DNA of 64,000 bases from an uncultured virus (IMG/VR IMGVR_UViG_2695420507_000016) (IMGVR_UViG_2695420507_000016), one strand, 5' to 3'. Numbered from the stretch's first letter, positions 1 through 10,062 are shown. Notes: generated from the sequence alone by a model not told the origin. Numbers and translations: made by a program.

Positions 1-1443
1 CTAATTGGGAACTAACCAAGCATTTAAAGGGCCCACATGTTTTTGCACCCCTTGAGCATAAGAAGATTGTTTATAGGGGGGGCCCAAATAAAGTATATAG
101 TCACATGTTTTCTCAAGTTCTTTATAGATTTTATTGCATGTATCACAACAATACAAAAGGGCAATTTTAATATTTCTTCCATTTTTAAATGCCTGTATTG
201 TTATAAACTCTCCCTCTTTCTCCGGCTCAGAAAATGAATGGCATTGCCATCCTGTATTACGCAATCTTTTGACAATATCATCATTCATTTGAGAGGACAG
301 CAAAGCAGACTTTCGTAACCAGCCATCATCAGATACAATGACATTAAAAGGTAGATTATTATTTATTTGTATCTGCTGAAGAAAAATATTTTTTGTATGC
401 TGACTATTTAAACAGGCCAAAACTTCAATATGAAATGATTTAGACCTTTGATCTGGAAGCGGTGCAAATATAGAAAGTTTTGATTGCTTCATTGCAAAAC
501 ATTCGACAAAGGCTAAGGCCTGAATTAAACCCATTGCTCTAAAAAAATTAGATGGGTTTTGCCAAATTTCAGATTTTGCATGTGCAAAAAAATGCCTATT
601 AAAACCCGATGAATTTTGATACTTATTTGTTTTTTCATAAAAGCTGTTGATTAGCCAATCACCTATTAATTCAATTATCCTAATACGCTCATTCATTACC
701 TTTAAAACATCAATTTCAATATATTCATCAGGTATCCAGTCAGCGCCTAATATATGATCGGAAGTTATATTTTCTCTTGCACGTGCAATACATCTCTGAA
801 CTTTATCTTTTAACTTTAGATCTTCATCGGCATCCTCAATGATCGAGTTTAAAATATCTTCAACAATTGGAATTAATGATGCTACTGATGTTACTCGCAT
901 TCCACTGTAGAAGGCTAAAATAGACTCTCTGATTACAGGAACATGCTTTGAAATAGAAATTGACTTGGGCAATGTTTGAATTGTTATAGGAATGATATTT
1001 GAAAGATTATACACAGTCGGGAAGAACTCACTAAAACGCTCCTGAAGCTGAGTTTTGTTAAAATAATCTTGATAACCAATTTTTAAATTAGTTACTTTAA
1101 AGCCTTCATTTATCATTTCCATATTCATAAATACTGGTGGGAACCAGTCTACTTTATGCCAAAATTCTTCTTCTTTTTTAAAAGGTAGAATATTATTTTT
1201 ATATATCTGAATATCAAATAGTTTCTGGCGAGGTAATAATGCAGTCAGATTATTTGCAACTGTAATTTTAATTGCTGGAATACTTTGGTTAAAACCAAAA
1301 GTACATTCTTCAATCTCAATAATCTCTACCCCCCTTTTTATACAACATATACGCATCTCATCGAGGGTAACAGTTGACATTCTATTTTGATTGTTAAATT
1401 TACACCAAATTCCCTTAACTTTTCTTAATTGCTGTTCTGACAT
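1..1443 (-). CDS. Satellite cargo protein with HEPN-like motif, candidate anti-phage protein
   Basis: 480-aa AT-rich ORF with NRHFFAH (Rx4H), located just past a decayed ssb. Confidence 0.55.
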   Translation of the reverse strand: MSEQQLRKVKGIWCKFNNQNRMSTVTLDEMRICCIKRGVEIIEIEECTFGFNQSIPAIKITVANNLTALLPRQKLFDIQIYKNNILPFKKEEEFWHKVDWFPPVFMNMEMINEGFKVTNLKIGYQDYFNKTQLQERFSEFFPTVYNLSNIIPITIQTLPKSISISKHVPVIRESILAFYSGMRVTSVASLIPIVEDILNSIIEDADEDLKLKDKVQRCIARARENITSDHILGADWIPDEYIEIDVLKVMNERIRIIELIGDWLINSFYEKTNKYQNSSGFNRHFFAHAKSEIWQNPSNFFRAMGLIQALAFVECFAMKQSKLSIFAPLPDQRSKSFHIEVLACLNSQHTKNIFLQQIQINNNLPFNVIVSDDGWLRKSALLSSQMNDDIVKRLRNTGWQCHSFSEPEKEGEFITIQAFKNGRNIKIALLYCCDTCNKIYKELEKTCDYILYLGPPYKQSSYAQGVQKHVGPLNAWLVPN

Positions 1444-1559
1444 AACTAACCTTGATATAAAAGTTGAGTTTATTAATTTAAGCTAAACCTACTAATTGAA
1501 TTTAAGAATAGCACTTCAACTTTACCCCCTTAACTTTCATTTGTAAGAAATTAGCCTCC

Positions 1560-1782
1560 CCTTCCCTTAATATAAACCTTATGGCCTTTGGCAACACTCT
1601 TTAAACGATTGTTGATACAGATTTATGCTATTAGCCTCTTTACGCTCACCTGTGGTCTTGTCTTTCTAAAACTCAGTAGTTGCAACGCTGAATATCGTAA
1701 CGCTGCCACCGTTGGAAAATTGTTTAGTTTCAGGGTTAAGACCTAACACACCCATGACAGTAACTTTATTTACGTTTGGCAT
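1560..1782 (-). pseudogene. ssb: Single-stranded DNA-binding protein remnant
   Basis: ATG at 1782 reads MPNVNKVTVMGVLGLNPETKQFSNGGSVTIFSVATTEF*KDKTTGERKE, with TAG at the conserved Trp; a KGHKVYIKG remnant follows. Confidence 0.85.
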
Positions 1783-1828
1783 TGTTCAATCTCTTAATAT
1801 GCTTGTACTTGTATATGTGTAATTTTAG

Positions 1829-2100
1829 GTGGACATGGTGGACAAAGTGGACATTCACTTCTATATGCATGATTTTAAATAATTAAATCTGTCCACCCAT
1901 AGGAAAAACAACATATAAAAAAAGTGGACATTAAAATCATAGTAGGTGGACAAGATATATTTACCTTGAATCATGTCCACCTTATGTCCACCTATTAAAA
2001 TTATGTATATTTATATAAAGTGGACATAATAATATCTATATATAGCAATACATTAACTATAAATATTTTCTTTATGTCCACTATGTCCACATCGTCCACC
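1829..2100. repeat. Iteron cluster (GTGGAC/GTCCAC, about 12 copies, both orientations), probable satellite replication origin
   Basis: Repeats separated by AT-rich spacers directly downstream of the helicase gene. Confidence 0.8.
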
Positions 2101-2115
2101 CTATAAAATCTATTT

Positions 2116-4581
2116 TCAGATTTCACTATCTGAGTTCTGCATGGCCTCAGTGCTAAAGTGCATCATTCTCGGCCGTGTGCCGTCGGGTAGATTGACGCTA
2201 GACTTTTTCACATATAGTTTCTTGCCTCCCTCGATAAACTCTTTAATCCAGCCATGTTTGATTAAGGCTTTTTTAACATTCGCCTCGTTCATGCCTATGC
2301 ACATTTCCTTTTTAAACATGGTCGGCGATACAAGATAGACTTTATCATCAGGATCGTAATACCCAACGCGGTTATGAGTGCGCGGACGGATTACTTCGCC
2401 GTCTGCCTGTCTGATTACAGTTAAGTCTTCAAAACGGCTCGTTCCGTTGGATTCAAAAAAGGCTTTGATATGTTCAAGAATCTTTGTTTCTTCCATATTC
2501 TCGCCACCGCCTAGACTATTTAGCCAAGTATTAAAGCATTGCGCTACGGCTTCAAATGCGCGTCCTTGCTGCCACTCTGTAATGCCTGCCAGCGTTGCCA
2601 GCTCTCCAGCCACCGCCACCAATGCAAAACGGCGTAAAACGCGGTTAGCTTGTCCGTTCTTTGCTTGGGTGTGCTGCTCAATAAAGCTGTCTAGTAATTT
2701 CTGGGCCTGCTGCATTACTACATCTTTATCACTGGTCAGATACTCAAGCCATTTGATGCCAGCATGTCCGTAATGCTTCGCAGCAAGCTCATTAATGCGG
2801 TTGCCCAAGTCGCTTGAATTGCTGCCATAGTTGACACATTCAAATACGCCGTATCCTTTGCCTGCATCACTAGGGATATGGGCGAACCTAAGCAATAAAC
2901 CTGCATCTAGCTCGATACCGCCACGCCGTAAATGTTCCTCGAGGGTGACTTCGCCAGTGGACGTATACATCAAGTTGAATTGCTTAGAATCCCTATTTTT
3001 GCCTGTCTTGCTGCTTCGTGATTTACCTTGCCCACCAGTAAGCATATAAACAATATCCGACACGGCCTTAGGGGGCGCCTGTCGCAATTCATCAAGATTT
3101 AGAAAGCTATCGTTTCTTAATTCGGCTTCGTTCTCTAGGGCATTGTCTGTGGTGCGCCATTGTTTCGATACTTCTCTAGGATTGCCCCACACGCTACACG
3201 CTGCTTTTGTAATGGTACTTTTTCCATCGGTAGATGAGCCATAGATATGAAAGCCACCACTCTCTAAGTTTAATGGCGCAACCAATTGTCCCGAAAATGC
3301 ACAAGAAAACGCCAGTACACCCAGTGCATGGGGCTCTATCAAGCGGCTTAGTTCTTGCCATCCTGCAAGGCTGCCATGCACGGCGTAGGGGTTTTTCATT
3401 TCACTATTAAATAAAAGTTCTTCTCCGCTAGAATCGCCATATGTTTTGCTTGGCGTAACGTATGAATGACCATGCCATCCGGTACGGTCAACACATCGAA
3501 AACGCTTTTCTATTGGATAGTCCTGAATGTAGTTAATAAATACATTCTTCTTATTTGGTTGTCGTGGTGGCATTAATCCATGATTGGCAATGATCTTTAA
3601 TGCTTCTTGTGCTTCACCCATGAAATGCTCATAGGGAATGAGTAACGTATGCTGAACATTGTCTTTATCATTAAACTGGATTACACGCTTCCAGTTATTA
3701 TTATTCAAGCTTCTGGCTTCACCTAATATAATTGCTGAATCAGATATTCTGGTTCTAGTACGTTTAATACCGCCTTCTCCATCATCATGTTCCTTCACTA
3801 GATATAAGCCATCCATAAGGATATTTAAATATTCGCCTTCCTTGATCTTAAATGGTTTAGCTAAGTGTCCTTTTGCCAGGCTCTTGGCTTGATCTATCGC
3901 CACCTTAATCATGCTGTCTAGCTCATCTTGAAGCATAGCAATGTTTGGAGGTTCAGGAATAAATGCCATTTTGACATCCATACCACTGTAACGCCGTTGT
4001 ATGGCATCTTGCTGATGGACTGGGGCTATCACACATAGATCAGCATGTGCTTGCATCAATGTCTTGAGGGTATAAGCATTAATCTTATCTGATTGATACG
4101 GTGCATAGATTGGATACGCTGTTTTAAATGCAAGATGAATGTCATCCGTCACAATCAAAGGTAATTCATTCAACTTTGACCGGTTGAAATACAAACCGCC
4201 ATGGCCGAAAACAATATCCTTAAAACCTTTAATAGTTGGGTTAGTGAATACTGCACCTGTAGGCTGTAAATGCTCGTTGTATAGATCAAATACGGCTAAA
4301 CCATATAGGGCATTATCATCAGCTTCTCCATATTGGGTGGCTTTCTCAATCACTGAACGGCGGATTTCTACAGGACAACCACCCACCATTTCAGCCATTG
4401 CACCGTGTAGTGGATTATTGTTAAATAATGGGACTGTATGTTCTTCAAGTGCTTCAATTATTGAATGACTTGCACCATTGCCCACTTCCTCCAGTGGGCT
4501 TTGTTGTGTTTGCGGGGTAACATTTGAAATGCTGCCCTCAAACATATCAGGCTTAGTATCCCAAGCGGGTTTAATGTTCAT
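2116..4581 (-). CDS. DUF927-family replication helicase of phage satellites
   Basis: GWHG motif, P-loop GSSTDGKST, Walker B LDEL, C-terminal RF..AGELA helical region; typical position. Confidence 0.85.
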   Translation of the reverse strand: MNIKPAWDTKPDMFEGSISNVTPQTQQSPLEEVGNGASHSIIEALEEHTVPLFNNNPLHGAMAEMVGGCPVEIRRSVIEKATQYGEADDNALYGLAVFDLYNEHLQPTGAVFTNPTIKGFKDIVFGHGGLYFNRSKLNELPLIVTDDIHLAFKTAYPIYAPYQSDKINAYTLKTLMQAHADLCVIAPVHQQDAIQRRYSGMDVKMAFIPEPPNIAMLQDELDSMIKVAIDQAKSLAKGHLAKPFKIKEGEYLNILMDGLYLVKEHDDGEGGIKRTRTRISDSAIILGEARSLNNNNWKRVIQFNDKDNVQHTLLIPYEHFMGEAQEALKIIANHGLMPPRQPNKKNVFINYIQDYPIEKRFRCVDRTGWHGHSYVTPSKTYGDSSGEELLFNSEMKNPYAVHGSLAGWQELSRLIEPHALGVLAFSCAFSGQLVAPLNLESGGFHIYGSSTDGKSTITKAACSVWGNPREVSKQWRTTDNALENEAELRNDSFLNLDELRQAPPKAVSDIVYMLTGGQGKSRSSKTGKNRDSKQFNLMYTSTGEVTLEEHLRRGGIELDAGLLLRFAHIPSDAGKGYGVFECVNYGSNSSDLGNRINELAAKHYGHAGIKWLEYLTSDKDVVMQQAQKLLDSFIEQHTQAKNGQANRVLRRFALVAVAGELATLAGITEWQQGRAFEAVAQCFNTWLNSLGGGENMEETKILEHIKAFFESNGTSRFEDLTVIRQADGEVIRPRTHNRVGYYDPDDKVYLVSPTMFKKEMCIGMNEANVKKALIKHGWIKEFIEGGKKLYVKKSSVNLPDGTRPRMMHFSTEAMQNSDSEI

Positions 4582-4593
4582 TGTCCCCCCTCC

Positions 4594-4887
4594 TTACCCA
4601 TGCCATTCTTTTTTATATTTCTCTGCCTGCTCTGCATGATAGCTGTGACGTTTTTCGGCAATATACTGGTACATATCAATGACATTTTCCAAAGCATAAA
4701 AGCCCAAAACATCCTTACCACCAAGTTCGGCTTTTATTTCTTTTAAACGATTTTTAATATCTGAAATTGCTACTTCCATCCAGTTCATATCAAATTCAGC
4801 TAATGATTGAATGTCCCATAAATCGCCTGCATCATAAGTTTTAGGCGTGTTTTTAGCGTTTTGGTTATTCATAGCTACACTCCCCAT
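4594..4887 (-). CDS. Hypothetical satellite protein
   Basis: 97-aa ORF (probable start 4872) in the operon upstream of the helicase. Confidence 0.65.
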   Translation of the reverse strand: MGSVAMNNQNAKNTPKTYDAGDLWDIQSLAEFDMNWMEVAISDIKNRLKEIKAELGGKDVLGFYALENVIDMYQYIAEKRHSYHAEQAEKYKKEWHG

Positions 4888-4993
4888 ACTTTTTTAAGCA
4901 TTAAAGAAATGCGTTTAACCAATCCCTGCTTTTGTGCGAATTCTGCTGACTGGATACGCTGGCGTGTAATTTGATGGATATTTTTAGGCATGA

Positions 4994-5299
4994 TTAATGC
5001 GCTCCTTCGTTTTTTAAAAGAGCTTTGCCATTCACGACCAAATGAGGGTGGCAAAGCTGAAAAGGGTTGGTCGACAGGGAACAAAGGAAACCTGCACACC
5101 CGAAGGTGTCCCTCTCCAGCTTCGCCATAGAGATATGCGAACGCATAGAGATATTACGCACAAAAAAAGCCCGATAAGCGGACTGTGCGCCTTTGTTACA
5201 TTTATAGCCGACCAAAGCTAACTTTGAGATTTTGCTCAAAGCCCGATTAATATAACCATACTTGGGCATGTTGGCAATATCGAATAATTCATTTTTCAT
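4994..5299 (-). CDS. Ash/Icd-like ORF overlapping the immunity RNA
   Basis: AFFV...SMAKLERDTFGCAGF..STNP pattern as in Ash-family ORFs that span P4 CI / P1 C4 RNA regions. Confidence 0.55.
   Translation of the reverse strand: MKNELFDIANMPKYGYINRALSKISKLALVGYKCNKGAQSAYRAFFVRNISMRSHISMAKLERDTFGCAGFLCSLSTNPFQLCHPHLVVNGKALLKNEGAH
5049..5127 (-). ncRNA. C4/CI-like antisense immunity RNA
   Basis: 18-bp closing stem TGGCGAAGCTGGAGAGGG/CCCTTTTCAGCTTTGCCA with internal hairpins; segments CCTTTGTT and GTCGACCAA are complementary to upstream AACAAAGG (5190-5197) and TTGGTCGGC (5207-5215). Confidence 0.75.
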
Positions 5300-5308
5300 T
5301 ATTGGCCC

Positions 5309-5698
5309 TTACTGCACACGGTTGATATGAATATTTGAATCAATCAAAACGCCGTCATTTGATAATCCGACTTGCTGGCGGTTATCCATCATCTGCAATA
5401 AACACTGTTCTGCTTCTTCAAAGCTAATGCCGAAATGCTTTGCAATGTCCTCTAACTGGTACATGGGTTCGCCGTCATCCGTATAACCGCTTGGGGGTGG
5501 CAATAGATTTAATTCCTTTGCCTTTTGGTGCATTTCCGCTTTGATATGCTCAGGCGTGTAGTGCATTGTCAAAATGAGGGCCTGCTCAGTGATGGGGTGA
5601 TGTTCCCCATACTGGGCCAGCATTGCTTTGTAATGGTCAAAGGCTTTGAAAAATTCAGGGTTTACATACTTATTCATGGTGTAACCCATCAAAAGCAA
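5309..5698 (-). CDS. Hypothetical satellite protein
   Basis: ORF (probable start 5677) coupled to the BRO gene stop. Confidence 0.65.
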   Translation of the reverse strand: MLLMGYTMNKYVNPEFFKAFDHYKAMLAQYGEHHPITEQALILTMHYTPEHIKAEMHQKAKELNLLPPPSGYTDDGEPMYQLEDIAKHFGISFEEAEQCLLQMMDNRQQVGLSNDGVLIDSNIHINRVQ

Positions 5699-6225
5699 TC
5701 TGTAAATTTGCTTTGCATGTTTGGATACGCTTGGCGTTTAAATGCTTTTCATATTTACGGCGGTGCATACCTAAACTATGAAATGTACCTTTATCCTTAG
5801 ATACTTTCTCTTGCATACATAAACGGTTCAATTCTTCATAAGCTGACTGTCTAGCAGAATATGAACCGGTTTTTCTAATTGACGGCAATACCTCAGCAAA
5901 TACCCAGTTTTGGAAATTCAACGCTTCGGTTTTATTAGATCGAAAGATGATGCGATATAAATTCGGCTCATTAATAAATTTGAGTTTTTGAATACCGCCA
6001 TTGGTAGGGGTGTGGTAATCCGCCACACCCTTTGAATCTAATGCACCATTTCGCTTAGGGGTTTCGTTTTTAACATCCCCCCCTTTGAATCTGTAATAAA
6101 TCAGATGATCTTGAAATGTCCAAAGCCTTACATACATCGGTTAAACAAAACCACGGTTCTTGATTATCATCTAGGACAATACGAACGGATCTGGATTTAA
6201 AATCGAAATGGGTTACGGCGTTCAT
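5670..6225 (-). pseudogene. BRO-N antirepressor-like gene interrupted by a frameshift in a G7 tract
   Basis: ATG 6225 gives MNAVTHFDFKSRSVRIVLDDNQEPWFCLTDVCKALDI, then a stop after G7 (6077-6083); G6 would join it to ...FINEPNLYRIIFRSNK...FQNWVFAEVLPSIRKTGSY. Confidence 0.85.
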
Positions 6226-6431
6226 GCTGTCACCTCTTTTAATTCGTATCGGGCATGAGTGCCTTTGCTGTTTAGGTTTGGCTCTTGGTGGGTCACAATG
6301 TTATGACCTAATAGGCGTAAACGCTGAATAACAGCACTTAGGCGGTAACAATCGCATAACTCTATGGCTTCAGCTTGGCTTAGGGTCTTGCCTTGTTTGA
6401 GATAATCTAGGATGACAGTTTGATGGTTCAT
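6222..6431 (-). CDS. Small winged-HTH protein
   Basis: ILDYLKQGKTLSQAEA...RLSAVIQRLR..GHNI pattern. Confidence 0.75.
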   Translation of the reverse strand: MNHQTVILDYLKQGKTLSQAEAIELCDCYRLSAVIQRLRLLGHNIVTHQEPNLNSKGTHARYELKEVTA

Positions 6432-6433
6432 GG

Positions 6434-6667
6434 TTATGCCTCCATAGCTGCAAGGCTTTGTTTTTGGTTGTTATGCCACTCTACAAGCTCGGCATAGTCG
6501 AAATAGACTGGAGCCTGTTTGGTAGTACCTATTTTTATTGCTTTCGGGAAAGTTTCATCTGTACGCTGAATGTGACGCAATGATTCACGGCTTATGTCCA
6601 ATAGTTCACAAGCGGTTTTGAATTGAACGCGGATAGGTTTAATAGTCATAAAAAAGCCCATATACAA
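6434..6667 (-). CDS. alpA: AlpA-family regulator/excisionase
   Basis: ACELLDISRESL...DETFPKAIKIG...ELVEW; probable start 6649. Confidence 0.8.
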   Translation of the reverse strand: MYMGFFMTIKPIRVQFKTACELLDISRESLRHIQRTDETFPKAIKIGTTKQAPVYFDYAELVEWHNNQKQSLAAMEA

Positions 6668-6858
6668 AAGAATATGGGTTTAGTATGGGTTTTATTTTGT
6701 TATTAAAAAATATAAATTAATCACCTAAATATATGAATTTAAAAAACTAAAATATTAATTAGTCGGACAAAAAAATTATTTTTCTTCGCAAATTATCACT
6801 ATAGCTAAAAAAGTATTATTTTAATAAGATGTAATTATTACTTTGATAAAAGAAAATA

Positions 6859-7650
6859 TTATTTTTGTTCTTGAGAAAGTATTTTTTTCATAGCTGTGCT
6901 GGCCTCATCTTTGGCCGTAGTTCTAACTTTTATCAGATTTGAAAAGTGTATAGCGTTGGTCGGTGTATTTTGTACACCGTAGTGCTGTCCATATTCCTCA
7001 AGGCAATCGGCAACTCTTTTCTGTTTTGTACCCTCAAATCTGCCAACTGTATTTAAATCATGATGTATTCTTAGAAGCAAGGCGTATGCTGGGATATAGT
7101 TCGGATTACTTGGATTTAAGAGATAGGTATTATTAATATCCTTTTCTTGCTGGATAGGTAGCTCTAGTGCAGGACTTTGACCAATCATACTTATTAAATA
7201 GGCGCATTGCTTTTTATAAAAATTATCATCATATTCATGGCAGTTTTTGGCAATATAAGCACGACTATTATTAATCAAGGCATCGCCAATATCTAAGCCA
7301 AGCTCCTTCAAGCTCATTAATATTACATACCTAGAAAAGCCTACGTAATCACTATAAGGGTCGCAATCTTCGCCACTAGCAATAAGCGACAACGCTTCAA
7401 TTGGGCAGTTATAAAAATCATTATCGCTATGTTCGTATTCGACAAGTGTATATTCATTTTTAAGGACTAGCTTTTTGGCTGCATTCAAAATTTGTTTATT
7501 GTTTATAAGCCATTGCGCGGACTTTTCTAAGGTAGTTTTTTCAAGGTCGGCAAAAATCTCTAGCAACTCATTAACTGAAATAAATTGCTTTGGAATATTA
7601 TCCAAATCTTCATTAGCACCAATCAAAACCGCCTCCCAAGCATCCCCCAA
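6859..7650 (-). CDS. Hypothetical protein between integrase and alpA
   Basis: Long ORF; GGGAGG SD favours a TTG start at 7626. Confidence 0.7.
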   Translation of the reverse strand: MGDAWEAVLIGANEDLDNIPKQFISVNELLEIFADLEKTTLEKSAQWLINNKQILNAAKKLVLKNEYTLVEYEHSDNDFYNCPIEALSLIASGEDCDPYSDYVGFSRYVILMSLKELGLDIGDALINNSRAYIAKNCHEYDDNFYKKQCAYLISMIGQSPALELPIQQEKDINNTYLLNPSNPNYIPAYALLLRIHHDLNTVGRFEGTKQKRVADCLEEYGQHYGVQNTPTNAIHFSNLIKVRTTAKDEASTAMKKILSQEQK

Positions 7651-7773
7651 AGTAGCTAGGTAAACAAGTTGGGGACTTGCTTGTCGGCTGGCCTGCCTAT
7701 ACCTAGTAATCTAAATATAAACGATATTTACCTATATTTGTGCATTTATTGGCTAATAGTTCGCCATATATTG

Positions 7774-9057
7774 TCATTTAGCCTTTTTAAACTGAATAAT
7801 CCTTTGATCTGCAATTTCTTCTAAATGATTCGCATACCATTGCAGCATGATTTTTCTATCATCTAAATATTGAGCCTTGTTATATACGCCTGCCACGCCA
7901 TCCTTTACGTGTGCCAGTGCTGCTTCAATATGACGTTCATCAAAACCACGATTGTTTAACAAGGTGCTGGCAATGTGCCTAAATCCGTGCGGTGTTTGTC
8001 TACCTTCATACCCCATACGGCGCAAGGCCATAATGAAAACTGTGTCCGACTTTGGCTTGCTCTTGTCTGATCTGCTCGGAAATAAATACTCAGAATTGGT
8101 TTCGTAAGTTTTTAACTCATTTAGTATGGTAATAGCTTGCCTAGGTAAAGGCACTACATGCTCACGGCGTTTCTTCATGCGCTCGGCTGGTATATTCCAT
8201 ATCCCTTGATTCAAGTCGAACTCCTGCCACTTGGCTTCCCTTAGCTCGGTAGGTCGACAGAACAACATGGCCAAAAGCTGCAAGCCCATCCGAACGTCCA
8301 TAGTTGGGTAGCTATTAATGGCCCTCAATAGTGCTGGTAACTCCTGTTCACTCACATGTGACATATTTTGTTTTACGCCCTGCTGTAGGAACTTTTGCAG
8401 CCCCTCTAATGGGTTGTAATCAATACGGCCTGTCACCTTTGCAAAATCGTATATATCACGACACATGGCCCGAACTCGGTTTACCTGTTCATATATTCCT
8501 TGATGTTGCTGAATACCTTTTAAATGATTCATCCATTCAATCGGCTTAATGCTGGTGTACAAGCGTTTACCAAAAATGGCAAATATATGTTTTTCCAATG
8601 CACCCTTGTTTCGGGTCATGGTGTCCTTTACCCAAGTATTTGCTTTGGTATCCAGCCATTCACGGGCCAATACTTCAAAGGTGGCATTATTTTGCTCAAG
8701 CTCTTGGCGTTTACGTTCTTGCTTGGTAATGATTGGATTATCACCTTGTGATATATCCTTGATTATCTCTCTAGCCTTCTTCCTTGCGCCTGCTCCTGAT
8801 AATTCAGGATAAGTACCGATACCCAGCCATGACCATTTACCATCTGCTTTTTTATATCTGAATAGCCATGCTTTTTTACCATCAGGCTTTACACGGAAAT
8901 ATAAGCCTTCGCCGTCCAGCTCCCGATATTCTTTTGATTCCGGTTCAAGGTTAGCTAGTACGGTATCTGATAACGGTCTACGTTTGATTTCTGTTCTTTT
9001 CATGGCTTGTACACCAGCGAGTTCAACAAAATGTGCAATGTACAAGGCAGTGTACAC
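7774..9057 (-). CDS. P4-type tyrosine integrase with N-terminal arm-binding domain
   Basis: DGEGLYFRV arm domain; catalytic R (CRPTE), HGFR, LAH, Y (GVYN); probable start 9003. Confidence 0.95.
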   Translation of the reverse strand: MYTALYIAHFVELAGVQAMKRTEIKRRPLSDTVLANLEPESKEYRELDGEGLYFRVKPDGKKAWLFRYKKADGKWSWLGIGTYPELSGAGARKKAREIIKDISQGDNPIITKQERKRQELEQNNATFEVLAREWLDTKANTWVKDTMTRNKGALEKHIFAIFGKRLYTSIKPIEWMNHLKGIQQHQGIYEQVNRVRAMCRDIYDFAKVTGRIDYNPLEGLQKFLQQGVKQNMSHVSEQELPALLRAINSYPTMDVRMGLQLLAMLFCRPTELREAKWQEFDLNQGIWNIPAERMKKRREHVVPLPRQAITILNELKTYETNSEYLFPSRSDKSKPKSDTVFIMALRRMGYEGRQTPHGFRHIASTLLNNRGFDERHIEAALAHVKDGVAGVYNKAQYLDDRKIMLQWYANHLEEIADQRIIQFKKAK

Positions 9058-9182
9058 GGTGCATGTACACTATGGCTAGTTATATTTAGTTATGTTCAGG
9101 CAAGAAAAAAGGCCCAATCCCTTTAGAATCAAGCCTTTTCGTTTTAAAACTTGGCATATTTTGCCATGTTTTGTTAGGTATT

Positions 9183-9206
9183 TGGTGGAGATGGCGGGAG
9201 TTGAAC
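9183..9206 (-). other. ssrA: att core: copy of the tmRNA 3' end (GTTCAACTCCCGCCATCTCCACCA)
   Basis: T-arm plus acceptor end with CCA but no upstream RNA body; flanked by TGTACA repeats (9039-9070) and TATAAC repeats (9248-9278) resembling arm sites. Confidence 0.85.
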
Positions 9207-9378
9207 AAAAATCCTAAATAATTGATTTTATAATTGCTTTTTCGGCATATAACATGCTGGTATAACTCATGTATAACATTTAATTTTGATTAAGTATGAT
9301 TAACAACAGTTTCTTTTTTGTTCAAGTCCGACTATAGGAGTTGAACTCATTTTGAAAAATTCTAGGCTCTTCCCACTT

Positions 9379-10062
9379 TTATTTTAGCTTACTATAAAGG
9401 TCAATATAAAAATTATGATAGAAACGCGTTCTCTTTCTCTTAATTTTAGGGCTTACAACTGAGCTGTATGTAACCGAAGTTTCCTCTATTTCTTCCTCAA
9501 TTAATCCTACAACTTCTAAATCTTTGAAGTCACTAACTAAAAGATTTTCAAATTCCCAATATTTGTTGTAATCAGTGGCATCTTTTGGCAATCCTTCACA
9601 AGGTATGGATTGTCCGCGGAGCCTTTCAGGATACTGCAAGTCATTATTAATTACTTCAAAAATATGTGCATCAATTTTTTTTATTAAATTTATATACTTA
9701 TTAAATTGGCTTTTATCATACTTACCCTGTAAATAGTTTTGAAAGTTAATGGCTAACAAATTTGCTTGCTTTTCTATGTATGTACTTTCTAAAATTTTAA
9801 ATAATTCAATTCCTAGTCGATTGTTATCTGGATTTTTGCTAAAAAAATCTTTCACTTCCCCTTCATCTAAATCGATTGTCTCAATAAATGTTTTAATTTG
9901 CATTAGATACAGTGCATCATTACATTGACTTACATGATCTTTAATTTCATAAAAGGAATTCTTTACAGCTGAACCTAGCCCTAAAGTTACGGAGTCCACC
10001 ACTGCCAATCCACAATTTTTAGCTATAACTTCCAATAAATTCATTTTAACATTTCTTCCCAA
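9379..10062 (-). CDS. Hypothetical att-proximal accessory protein
   Basis: 227-aa AT-rich ORF (probable start 10044). Confidence 0.7.
   Translation of the reverse strand: MGRNVKMNLLEVIAKNCGLAVVDSVTLGLGSAVKNSFYEIKDHVSQCNDALYLMQIKTFIETIDLDEGEVKDFFSKNPDNNRLGIELFKILESTYIEKQANLLAINFQNYLQGKYDKSQFNKYINLIKKIDAHIFEVINNDLQYPERLRGQSIPCEGLPKDATDYNKYWEFENLLVSDFKDLEVVGLIEEEIEETSVTYSSVVSPKIKRKRTRFYHNFYIDLYSKLK

Larger units (their letters stand above)
1..9206 (-). mobile_element. Phage satellite (P4/PICI-like) integrated at ssrA 3' end; left end lies outside the window
   Basis: int - hypothetical - alpA - HTH - BRO - ash - DUF927 helicase - iteron origin - ssb remnant - cargo; no structural genes in view; bounded by the tmRNA 3'-end copy. 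Confidence 0.85.

Noticed and set aside
9183..9206. Complete tRNA or tmRNA gene
   Set aside because: Only the 3'-terminal 24 nt are present; the upstream sequence is AT-rich and cannot form the rest of the RNA
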